The notes: generated by a model from the sequence alone, not told the origin. A stretch of DNA of 64,000 bases from Acidobacteriota bacterium (GCA_016210845.1 JACQTK010000142.1:11479-75478), one strand, 5' to 3'; shown: positions 30,325 through 38,735, counted from the first letter of the stretch. Numbers and translations: made by a program.

Positions 30325-32327
30325 GTGATGTGGCGGCCGCAGGCGCACTCGACTGGACGATCGAGACACTTGCCGCCCGCCTGCTCGATCGGCGCACGCC
30401 CGCCGGACATTGGGAGGGATATCTGGCGGGCAGCGCGCTGGCCACGGCCACCTCCGTCGTCGCGCTGACGCTGGACGGGCGGCAGTCGGGCCGCGATCAT
30501 CGCGCGCTCGTCGCCGCGGGTCGCGCCTGGCTCGTCGCCAACCAGAATGACGATGGCGGCTGGGGCGACACGACGATCAGCCTCAGCAACCTGAGCACGA
30601 CCGTGTTGTGCTGGGCCGCGCTGACCGACGTACGTAGGGCGCGGCATTGGCACCCTACCGCGCAGGCTTGCGCGGTGGGGACCCCGCCTGAAGCCGCGCC
30701 AGGGCGGGCCGTAAAGGCCCGCCCTACGGCAACTGTTCTGGAGGCGGACGTTGAGGGCCTTCCTACGGCCCTCGATCGCGCCGAGCGGTGGCTGCGCACC
30801 CAGATTGGCGACGTGACCGCCGCGTCGCTGCGGCGGGCGATCCTCGCGCGGTACGGCCGCGATCGGACCTTCTCGGTGCCCATTCTGGCCGTGCTGGCAC
30901 TCACCGGAACGCTCGGCGCGGGCTGGCGCGCGTGGCGCCTGGTGCCGCAACTTCCCTTCGAGCTGGCCGCGTGTCCGCACCGATGGTTCCGGTGGCTGCG
31001 CCTGCCCGTGGTCAGCTACGCGCTGCCCGCGCTCGTCGCGCTCGGGCAGCTGCGCCACCATCACGCGCCGACGCGCACCCTGCCGCTCCGCTGGCTCCGG
31101 TCCGCGCTGCGGCCGCGAACGTTGGCCGTCGCGCGCGCCATGCAGCCCGCCAGCGGCGGCTTCCTCGAAGCCGTGCCGCTGACGGCGTTCGTCGTCATGA
31201 GCCTCGTGTCCGCGGGCTCGGCGAAGGATCCGTTGATCGCACGCGGTATCCGGTTCCTCAACGACTCGGTGCGCAGGGATGGCAGTTGGCCCATCGACAC
31301 GAACCTTGCGACCTGGGTGACCACGCAATCGGTGAAAGCGCTGGGCGGTCAGTGGCTTACGCCGACCGATCGGCATGGCCTCCTGCGGTGGCTGCTCGAT
31401 CAACAGGTCGCTGAGGAACATCCGTTCACGCACGCACAGCCCGGGGGATGGGCCTGGACCGATCGGTCTGGAGGCGTGCCCGACGCTGACGATACGGCGG
31501 GCGCGGTGATCGCGATCCGGATGCTGGCGGGCCCTCAGGCGTGGTCCCCGCCGCGCACGCCTGCGCGGCGGGGTGCCGACGGCCCGCCCGGCGGCACCGT
31601 AACCGAGGCTGCCACGGCAGGCATCACCTGGCTGCTCGACCTGCAGAACCAGGACGGCGGCATTCCGACGTTCTGTCGAGGCTGGGGTGGCCTGCCATTC
31701 GACCGGAGCGCCCCCGACCTCACGGCGCACGCCCTCGAGGCATGGAATGTCTGGCTCGATGGGGTCGTATTGGAGGTACAACGTCGCGTGGTCACGGCCG
31801 CGGAGCGCGCGGTCGCGTACCTGGCGCGGCGCCAGCGGCCCGACGGGAGCTGGCTGCCGCTCTGGTTTGGCAATCAGCACGTGGCGGGCGAGCTGAACCC
31901 GACGTACGGCACGGCCCGCGTCGTGAGCGCGCTGACGACGCCGCTTGCGCGCCGATCGGCGCAGTCGGCTGGAAGCCTCGAGCGCGGTGTCGCGTGGCTG
32001 CTGCGCGCCCAGAACGAGGACGGCGGCTGGGGCGGCGGCGGCTCGCCGTCGTCCATCGAAGAAACGGGCCTGGCGCTCGATGCGCTCTGTCGCCGCCTGG
32101 GCGACCACGAGGGTCGCCCCTGCGGAGGTTCAGCGCCCGGGCTGGCCGTGGCGGTGCGCCGCGGCGCCGACTGGCTCGTCCGCGCCACGGACCAGGGGCG
32201 ACGGACGCCGCCGTCGCCCATCGGCCTGTACTTCGCGCGGCTCTGGTACTCCGAGGAACTGTACCCGCTCGTGTGGAGTCTGAAAGGGTTGACGCAGGCT
32301 CGTGCGCATCTGACGTTGACACCCTGA
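30321..32327 (+). CDS. class II terpene cyclase, squalene-hopene-cyclase-like
   Basis: 668 aa with catalytic-type PDADDTAG (DxDDTA) at 31482-31493, several QW-like repeats (NQNDDGGWG, LQNQDGGIP, RRQRPDGSW, AQNEDGGWGG) and PGGWAW. Confidence 0.8.
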   Translation: MSDVAAAGALDWTIETLAARLLDRRTPAGHWEGYLAGSALATATSVVALTLDGRQSGRDHRALVAAGRAWLVANQNDDGGWGDTTISLSNLSTTVLCWAALTDVRRARHWHPTAQACAVGTPPEAAPGRAVKARPTATVLEADVEGLPTALDRAERWLRTQIGDVTAASLRRAILARYGRDRTFSVPILAVLALTGTLGAGWRAWRLVPQLPFELAACPHRWFRWLRLPVVSYALPALVALGQLRHHHAPTRTLPLRWLRSALRPRTLAVARAMQPASGGFLEAVPLTAFVVMSLVSAGSAKDPLIARGIRFLNDSVRRDGSWPIDTNLATWVTTQSVKALGGQWLTPTDRHGLLRWLLDQQVAEEHPFTHAQPGGWAWTDRSGGVPDADDTAGAVIAIRMLAGPQAWSPPRTPARRGADGPPGGTVTEAATAGITWLLDLQNQDGGIPTFCRGWGGLPFDRSAPDLTAHALEAWNVWLDGVVLEVQRRVVTAAERAVAYLARRQRPDGSWLPLWFGNQHVAGELNPTYGTARVVSALTTPLARRSAQSAGSLERGVAWLLRAQNEDGGWGGGGSPSSIEETGLALDALCRRLGDHEGRPCGGSAPGLAVAVRRGADWLVRATDQGRRTPPSPIGLYFARLWYSEELYPLVWSLKGLTQARAHLTLTP

Positions 32328-32387
32328 TGAGGCGGCGGTCACTATAAACCGCCGGGCTCGCGCCACGATCGCATCGCGCACGCGATC

Positions 32388-32470
32388 GCGCACGCTGAAG
32401 CGTGCGCTCTACAGGACCGCCTGTAGAGCGGGGGCTTCAGCCCCCGCGTCGGGGCTTGCCCCCGCGTCGG
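32388..32470. repeat. cluster of three consecutive perfect 8-9-bp GC hairpins with 4-nt loops, plus a short direct repeat
   Basis: gcgcacgc-tgaa-gcgtgcgc, ctctacagg-accg-cctgtagag and gcgggggc-ttca-gcccccgc, then cccccgcgtcgg twice. Confidence 0.8.
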
Positions 32471-32472
32471 AG

Positions 32473-34728
32473 ATGGAAACGCCCATGCCGAGACTAGGTG
32501 CTCTCCTCGTTGGAGTCTTCCTGATTTTCGCCCTTTCCCTGTCGGCGCAGGGCCCCCGCCGCGTCGCCGTCGGCGACTGGCCCGAGCTGCGCGGCCCCGC
32601 CCGCGACGGCATCTCGCGGGAGACCGGCCTGCTCGAGCGATGGACCCTCAACGGGGAGAACTTCCTCTGGCGGGCACCCTACGGCGGGCGTTCGGCGCCG
32701 ATCGTCATGGGCAACCGCGTGTACGTGCAGAATCCGGCGGGTCGCGGCGCGGATCTGCAAGAGCGCGTCATGGCACTCGACGCCGACACGGGCGCCCTCG
32801 CCTGGGAATACCGCTTCAACGTGTTCCAGAGCGACGTGCCGCCGCACCGCATCGGCTGGGCTTCTCCTGCGGCCGATCCGGAGACAGGCACCATCTACGC
32901 CCTGAGCGGAGGCGCCCAGGCGATCGCGTTGAGCCGCGACGGTCAGCTCCTCTGGGAGCGCTCGTTCGGTGAAGAGTTCGCGGCCTTCACCACGCACGGC
33001 GGCCGGACGATGTCGCCGGTCGTGGATGGGGATCTGGTGATCGTGAGCGCTGCGGTGTCGAACTGGGGCACGTCCGCGAATCGCGCGCATCGCTTCATCG
33101 CGCTCGACAAGCGCACGGGCGACGTCGTCTACGTCGCCAGCCCGGGTGGCCGGCCGTACGACACCGCGTACGCCTCGCCGCTCATCACGACCATCGGCGG
33201 CATGCGGCTGCTCATCGCGGGCCTGGGCGACGGCGCCGTTCACGCCATCAAGCCGCAGACGGGCGAGCGCGTGTGGAGCTTCCCCGCCGCGAAGCGAGCC
33301 GTCAACACCGGTGTGGCCGTCAAGGGCAACACGGTGTTCGTGTCGCACGGCGACGAGAACCTCACGGGCACCGAGCTTGGCCTCGTGGCGGCCATCGACG
33401 GCTCGCAGACAGGAGCGATTGAGACGACGACATGGGCCGTGCGAGGCGTGGAGATGCTCTACTCCTCCCCGATCGTCGACGGCTCGCGTCTCTATCAGAT
33501 CGACGGCAGCTCGACGCTCAGGGCGTTCGACACGGAGGGCGGTCGGCAGCTCTGGTCGCAGCGGCTCGGTCTGGCGCAGAAGGCCAACCCCGTCCTGGCC
33601 GACGGCAAGATCTACGTCGGGACCGACGACGGCATGTTCTTCGTCGTGCGGCCGCAGGCCGACCGAGCCGAGGTCCTCAGCCGAGTGGAGCTGCCGAACA
33701 GCACGAACAGCTGCTGCGGTTCCGAAGGCACGCCTGAGCAAATCGTGGCAGGCGCGGCGGTCTCGCGCGGGCGGGTCTTCTTCGTGTCGAGCGACGCGGT
33801 GTACGCCATTGGCTCGCGGCAGGCACGGGCGGCCACCGGATTCGCCGTGGACGAGGCCGTGCAGAGCGGCCAGGGGATGCCTGCCCACCTGCAGGTGTCG
33901 CCGACCGAGCTGATGCTGACGCCTGGCCAGACCGTGAGGCTGCGCGCGCGGCTCTTCGACGATCGGGGCCGGTTCCTCAGGGAGGAGACCGCCGCCGCGT
34001 GGTCGCTCGAAGGCCTGAAGGGCACGATCGCCGACGGCACGCTGACCATCGCCCCCGATCCAGTGGATCAGGCCGGCACGATCACGGCCACGGTGGGCGG
34101 CCTCCGCGGCCAGGCGCGCGCGCGCGTCTCACGCCCGCTGCCGTGGACGGACACCTTCGATGCCTACGCGGACGGCGCCGCCCCGCCCGGCTGGGCCATC
34201 GTCACGGGAAGTCGGCTCGCGGTGGCCACGCTCGACGGCCAGAAGGTGCTGCAGAAGGCGCCGACCGAAACGATCTTCAAGCGCACCCGTGTGTTCCTGG
34301 GGCCGACCACGTGGTCGAACTACACATTCGAAGCCGACGTACGCGTCGCCGAGCGGCGGCGGCAGATGGGCGACGTCGGCATCACGGCGCAGCGCTACTC
34401 GCTCGTGCTGTACGGCACGTCGCAGCGCCTGAAGCTCGAGCCGTGGGAGCCCGAGACGACGCGCACGCTGACAGTGCCGTTCGCGTGGAAGCCCGACACC
34501 TGGTACCGGCTGAAGCTCCGCGTCGAGAACCTGCCGAATGGCCAGGTGCGGGCGCGCGGCAAGGCCTGGCCCGCGGGCGAGCCCGAGCCCGCCGCATGGC
34601 TGATCGACAAGACGGATCCGATCGGCAACCGCCAGGGGGCGCCCGGTCTCTTCGTCGACGCGCAGTGGGGCGCGCACGTGGATAATTTCGTCCTGACGTC
34701 GAACCAGCCAAGGGGCTCCGCCCCTTGA
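32473..34728 (+). CDS. secreted PQQ-like beta-propeller protein with a C-terminal beta-sandwich-like domain
   Basis: Signal peptide and WPELRGPARDG propeller, then a ~200-aa C-terminal region that looks LamG/DUF1080-like by eye (unverified). The last 8 codons and the stop are supplied by a repeat element. Confidence 0.75.
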   Translation: METPMPRLGALLVGVFLIFALSLSAQGPRRVAVGDWPELRGPARDGISRETGLLERWTLNGENFLWRAPYGGRSAPIVMGNRVYVQNPAGRGADLQERVMALDADTGALAWEYRFNVFQSDVPPHRIGWASPAADPETGTIYALSGGAQAIALSRDGQLLWERSFGEEFAAFTTHGGRTMSPVVDGDLVIVSAAVSNWGTSANRAHRFIALDKRTGDVVYVASPGGRPYDTAYASPLITTIGGMRLLIAGLGDGAVHAIKPQTGERVWSFPAAKRAVNTGVAVKGNTVFVSHGDENLTGTELGLVAAIDGSQTGAIETTTWAVRGVEMLYSSPIVDGSRLYQIDGSSTLRAFDTEGGRQLWSQRLGLAQKANPVLADGKIYVGTDDGMFFVVRPQADRAEVLSRVELPNSTNSCCGSEGTPEQIVAGAAVSRGRVFFVSSDAVYAIGSRQARAATGFAVDEAVQSGQGMPAHLQVSPTELMLTPGQTVRLRARLFDDRGRFLREETAAAWSLEGLKGTIADGTLTIAPDPVDQAGTITATVGGLRGQARARVSRPLPWTDTFDAYADGAAPPGWAIVTGSRLAVATLDGQKVLQKAPTETIFKRTRVFLGPTTWSNYTFEADVRVAERRRQMGDVGITAQRYSLVLYGTSQRLKLEPWEPETTRTLTVPFAWKPDTWYRLKLRVENLPNGQVRARGKAWPAGEPEPAAWLIDKTDPIGNRQGAPGLFVDAQWGAHVDNFVLTSNQPRGSAP

Positions 34729-34848
34729 TACCCCCCGCGGAGTCCCTCGGCTGGTTGCCAGTATTTCTTGGCGCGCTCCGCGCGCCCAGGACCGCTACGC
34801 GGGGGCACAACGAGAACACACTCTTCGTTCAGGGCCGCATAGCGGTCC
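34702..34848 (+). repeat. dual-hairpin element, copy B
   Basis: Near-identical to copy A: AACCAGCCAAGGGGCTCCG...GGAGTCCCTCGGCTGGTT, core GCCAGTATTTCTTGGCGCGCTCCGCGCGC, then GGACCGCTACGCGG...CCGCATAGCGGTCC. Confidence 0.8.
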
Positions 34849-34868
34849 AGTAGGATTCAGAGAGGGTC

Positions 34869-36305
34869 ATGCGCATTCATTTCCTGCTCTTCACGGGCGT
34901 CCTGATCGCAGCCAGCGCGGCCGGAAGCTCTCGCGTCTTCGCCTCCGATCCAGGCACGGGCGACTGGCCGATGTGGGGCGGCACGCCCGATCGGAACATG
35001 GTGTCGAACATGAAGGGGCTCCCTGCCGACTGGGACGTCAAGACGGGCAGGAACATCACGTGGGTGGCCGAGCTCGGGTCGCAGAGCTACGGGAATCCCG
35101 TGGTGGCCGGCGGCATGGTGTTCGTCGGCACCAACAACGAGCTGATGCGCGACCCCAAGCAGCCTGGCGATCGGGGCGTCCTGATGGTGTTCCGCGAGTC
35201 GGACGGCGAGTTCCTCTGGCAGCAGGCGCACACCAAGCTCGAGTCGGGGCGCGCGAACGACTGGCCGTTCCAGGGGATTGCCTCGTCTCCGCTCGTCGAG
35301 GGCGAGCGCCTCTATTACGTGAGCAACCGCGGCGTCGTGCAGTGCCTCGACATTCAGGGGTTCCGCGACGGCGAGAACGACGGCCCCTTCACGGACGAGA
35401 CGCTGACCGGCCAGTTCGACGCCGACGTGATCTGGGCGTTCGACATGATGGAAGAGGTGGGCGCCTATCCCCACAACCTGTCGAACTCGTCGCCGGTCGT
35501 GTGGGGCAATCTGATCTATGTGAGCACGTCGAACGGGCAGGACGAGAGCCACGTCAACATCCCCTCGCCGCGCGCGCCGTCGATCATCGCGCTCGACAAG
35601 CTGACCGGCGAGCTCGTCTGGGAAGACAACTCCGTGGAGGATCGCATCCTGCACGGGCAGTGGTCGACACCCGCGGTGGGCTCCATCGGGGGCGTCGTCC
35701 AGGTGGTGTCGGCGCAGGGCGACGGCTGGGTCCGCGGCTATGAGGCGGACACGGGCAAGAAGCTGTGGGAGTTCGACACCAACCCCAAGGACTCGGTGTG
35801 GCCGAGGACGCGCAACGAGCTGATTGCCACGCCCGTGATCTACGAGGACCGCGTCTACGTCGCCAACGGCCAGGACCCCGAGCACGGCGAGGGCGTGGGC
35901 CACCTGTACGCGATCGACGCCACCAGGCGGGGGGACATCACCGAGTCGGGCCGCGTCTGGCACTTCGACACGATCCGCCGCTCCATCTCGACGGCGGCCA
36001 TTGCCGACGGCCTGCTCTACATCGCCGACTTCAGCGGGTACTTCCACTGCCTCGACGCGAAGACGGGGCGGCTGTATTGGACGCACGACGTCTTCGCGGC
36101 CGTGTGGGCGTCCCCCTTCGTCGCCGATGGCAAGGTGTACCTCGGCGACGAGGACGGCGACGTGGTGGTGATGGCGCACAGCCGTGAGAAGAAGGTGCTG
36201 GCGGAGATGAACATGGGAAGCGCCGTCTACGCGACGGTCGTGCCCGCCAACGGCGCGCTGTTCCTCAACAATCGGAGCCAGCTCTTCGCGATCGCGAACA
36301 AGTAG
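34869..36305 (+). CDS. secreted PQQ-like beta-propeller repeat protein
   Basis: MRIHFLLFTGVLIAASAAG signal peptide, then WPMWGGTPDRNM and propeller blades. Confidence 0.8.
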   Translation: MRIHFLLFTGVLIAASAAGSSRVFASDPGTGDWPMWGGTPDRNMVSNMKGLPADWDVKTGRNITWVAELGSQSYGNPVVAGGMVFVGTNNELMRDPKQPGDRGVLMVFRESDGEFLWQQAHTKLESGRANDWPFQGIASSPLVEGERLYYVSNRGVVQCLDIQGFRDGENDGPFTDETLTGQFDADVIWAFDMMEEVGAYPHNLSNSSPVVWGNLIYVSTSNGQDESHVNIPSPRAPSIIALDKLTGELVWEDNSVEDRILHGQWSTPAVGSIGGVVQVVSAQGDGWVRGYEADTGKKLWEFDTNPKDSVWPRTRNELIATPVIYEDRVYVANGQDPEHGEGVGHLYAIDATRRGDITESGRVWHFDTIRRSISTAAIADGLLYIADFSGYFHCLDAKTGRLYWTHDVFAAVWASPFVADGKVYLGDEDGDVVVMAHSREKKVLAEMNMGSAVYATVVPANGALFLNNRSQLFAIANK

Positions 36306-36317
36306 AGCCGAGACACA

Positions 36318-37466
36318 ATGAGACGGGCCACAGAGGCACGGAGACGCAGAGAACCCTATTCCAGTTGGACTCTGTGTCTCTGCGTCTCTGTGGCCTGTTT
36401 GAGTGGCCAGACGCAGCGGGCGGCGCCGGCCTCCGAGTGGCGGCAGTTCCGCGGCGCCCCGCAGCTCACCGGTGTCTCGGCCGGCGTGCTGCCAGCCACG
36501 CTGAAGGTGCTGTGGACGTACGACGCGGGCGAGGTCGTCGACTCGTCGGCGGCCATCGTGGACGGCGTGGTGTACGTGGGCGGCGGCGACGGCGACCTGC
36601 TCGCGCTCGATCTCGCGTCGGGCTCGCTGCGGTGGAAGTACGCGGCCGGCAACCTCATCGGCGAGTCGTCGCCCGCCGTTGCGGGCGGGACCGTCTACAT
36701 CGGCGACCTCGGCGGCGTGCTCCACGCGGTGAGCGTCCGCGACGGCAGGCCCCGATGGACGTTTCAGACCGGCTCCGAGATCAAGTCGTCGCCGGCGGTG
36801 GCGGGCGACGTCGTGCTGGTCGGCTCCTACGACGGACATCTCTACGCCCTCGACGCGCGTACGGGCGCACTGCGCTGGAAGGTCTTGACGCAGGGGATGG
36901 TGCACGCCACGCCCGCCGTGCAGGACGGGCTGACGTTCGTCGCGGGGTGCGACGCGATCTTCCGCGCCATCCGTGTGGCTGACGGCGGCGAGGTGTACCA
37001 GATCGAGGCGGGCGCCTATACGGCCGCCTCGCCCGTGCTCGACGGCGATCGCGCGTACTTCGGCACGTTCAACAACGAGGTGCTGGCGCTCGACCTGAGG
37101 CGGCGGACCGTGGTGTGGCGCTATGCCGATCCGGACTCGCGCTTCCCCTACTACTCGTCCGCCGCGCTCGACGGGGGCCGCGTGATCGTGGGCGGCCGCG
37201 ACAAGCTCGTGCATGCGGTCGACGCCGCATCCGGGAAGGCCGCGTGGACGTTCGCCACGCGCGCGCGCGTCGACTCCTCGCCCGTGGTGGCGGGCGGCCG
37301 CGTGTACGTCGGCTCGAGCGACGGCCGTCTCTACGTCCTCGACGCGGCGTCGGGCAAGCGCCTCTGGGAGTTCGACACCGGCGCAGGCATCACCGCCTCG
37401 CCCGCCATCGCCGCCGGACGCCTCGTCATCGGCACGCAGGACGGCACGCTGTACGTCTTCGGGTAG
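36318..37466 (+). CDS. secreted PQQ-like beta-propeller repeat protein
   Basis: WRQFRGAPQLTG and regular ~40-aa blades (VYVG..DG.LYALD). The N-terminus is uncertain because codons 1-26 lie inside a hairpin repeat. Confidence 0.75.
   Translation: MRRATEARRRREPYSSWTLCLCVSVACLSGQTQRAAPASEWRQFRGAPQLTGVSAGVLPATLKVLWTYDAGEVVDSSAAIVDGVVYVGGGDGDLLALDLASGSLRWKYAAGNLIGESSPAVAGGTVYIGDLGGVLHAVSVRDGRPRWTFQTGSEIKSSPAVAGDVVLVGSYDGHLYALDARTGALRWKVLTQGMVHATPAVQDGLTFVAGCDAIFRAIRVADGGEVYQIEAGAYTAASPVLDGDRAYFGTFNNEVLALDLRRRTVVWRYADPDSRFPYYSSAALDGGRVIVGGRDKLVHAVDAASGKAAWTFATRARVDSSPVVAGGRVYVGSSDGRLYVLDAASGKRLWEFDTGAGITASPAIAAGRLVIGTQDGTLYVFG
36326..36395. repeat. CACAGAG-type hairpin repeat overlapping the 5' end of the third PQQ gene
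   Basis: GGCCACAGAGgcacgGAGACGCAGAGA ... TCTCTGCGTCTCTGTGGCC. Related motifs (CCACAGAGACACAG, CACAGAGGCACGGAGA) recur at 37485-37500 and 37624-37640. Confidence 0.7.
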
Positions 37467-37491
37467 AGAGCTTTCACACCCACGGGCCACA

Positions 37492-37537
37492 GAGACACAG
37501 CGCGGCGCGCCGCAACCAAAACGCCGCGCTGTGTCTC
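37492..37537 (+). terminator. perfect 16-bp stem hairpin downstream of the PQQ operon (no U-tract)
   Basis: gagacacagcgcggcg (37492-37507) pairs with cgccgcgctgtgtctc (37522-37537). It starts 26 nt after the stop at 37466. Confidence 0.4.
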
Positions 37538-37759
37538 CAGAGACGCTGTGACACAGGTGCTACCAACCCCGAGAATCGGCCTGAATAATCTGCGCGTGTG
37601 GCGTCGATTTTCGGGGTTCGTAGCACAGAGGCACGGAGAACTCTTTGCGCAGGGCGCTGCGGGCCCAATCCGCCAGTGTTGGCCGCCTGCATGGCTACCT
37701 CGGGACGGCGGTCCAATCAATGCTGGTTCGGCCGCTGGAACGAACATCGGGGCTTTGGT

Positions 37760-37993
37760 ATGGTTGCAGACAGGATCATCACCATGAAGAATTTCACAGC
37801 GGTCATCGAGCGGGACGCCGACACCGGGCTTTACGTGGGCTGGGTGCCAGGCTTTCCGGGGGCGCACAGCCAAGGCGCGACGCTCGACGAGTTGCGGTCG
37901 AATCTTCAGGAAGTGATCGAAATGCTTCTTGAAGAGGGCGCCCCCCGACTTGAAAGCGAGTTTGTCGGCACTCAGACCGTCGAAGTGGCGTAG
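37760..37993 (+). CDS. hicB: HicB-family antitoxin
   Basis: FTAVIERDADTGLYVGWVPGFPGAHSQGATLDELRSNLQEVIEMLLEEG. The start could be the ATG at 37760 or at 37784. Confidence 0.75.
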   Translation: MVADRIITMKNFTAVIERDADTGLYVGWVPGFPGAHSQGATLDELRSNLQEVIEMLLEEGAPRLESEFVGTQTVEVA

Positions 37994-37996
37994 TCC

Positions 37997-38305
37997 GTGG
38001 CAAAGCCGCCGGTTCTCAAGCCTCGCGAGGTCGTGGCGCTCCTCGGGCAATTGGGGTTCGTGGAGGTCCGGCAGCGAGGATCTCACCGCCAGTTTCGGCA
38101 TCCCGACGGTCGCGGAACGACTGTGCCGTTTCATCAAAGCCGCGACATTTCGCCAACTCTCCTTCGTCAGATCGCGAAGGACATCGGCCTTTCGGTCGAA
38201 CACTTTCTGGCGGCACAGGCAGGCCAGCAGCCGAACCCCGCGCTGCAGCCGACGGCCGGTGAGGCGGACGTACCAAAGAAGCCGTCCAAACCCGGCCGCG
38301 GCTGA
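37997..38305 (+). CDS. hicA: HicA-family mRNA interferase toxin
   Basis: KPREVVALLGQLGFVEVRQRGSHRQFRHPDGRGTTVPFH (YcfA/HicA core) with a Pro/Ala-rich tail. Confidence 0.75.
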   Translation: MAKPPVLKPREVVALLGQLGFVEVRQRGSHRQFRHPDGRGTTVPFHQSRDISPTLLRQIAKDIGLSVEHFLAAQAGQQPNPALQPTAGEADVPKKPSKPGRG

Positions 38306-38327
38306 GCGCGATCGTTGACAGCGAGAC

Positions 38328-38523
38328 CTACTCCTTGCCGATGTCGGGGACGCTCAGATTTCGGCAGATCTTCCGCGCGAGGTTATTGGGAATCTCAGTG
38401 TGGCGCAAGAACTGCTTCAACCGCGCCAGTTTGTGGATTGGTCCAAAGAGAATGGGAGCTGCCTTCCCGCTTGAGCACGCACCCGTGCCTGCGCAGGTGC
38501 TGAAGAAGGGTGCTCCGTTTCAC
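38328..38523 (-). pseudogene. hicA: HicA-family toxin with an internal frameshift
   Basis: A GTG overlapping the hicB stop gives VKRSTLLQHLRRHGCVLKREGSSHSLWTNPQTGAVEAV, which then hits a TGA. The expected continuation (F)LRHTEIPNNLARKICRNLSVPDIGKE* is in the +1 frame. The span is 196 nt, not a multiple of 3. Confidence 0.6.
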
Positions 38524-38735
38524 GTCACGGTCACCGTCTCCCGTTCAGCATCTGGCGGTACGCCGCGAAGGCCGTCTTCACGGCGGTCCTCGAGAATCAG
38601 TGCAATGGCTTCAGCGAGATTCCGGCGCGCGTCTTCCTTGGTACGCCCCTGCCCGTTGGCTCCCGGGATTTCCGGGCAATACGCCACGTACCAATCGCCA
38701 TCCCGTTCAAATACGGCTGTAAATTCGTTGTGCAT
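38520..38735 (-). CDS. hicB: HicB-like antitoxin
   Basis: MHNEFTAVFERDGDWYVAYCPEIPGANGQGRTKEDARRNLAEAIALILE. Confidence 0.75.
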   Translation of the reverse strand: MHNEFTAVFERDGDWYVAYCPEIPGANGQGRTKEDARRNLAEAIALILEDRREDGLRGVPPDAERETVTVT

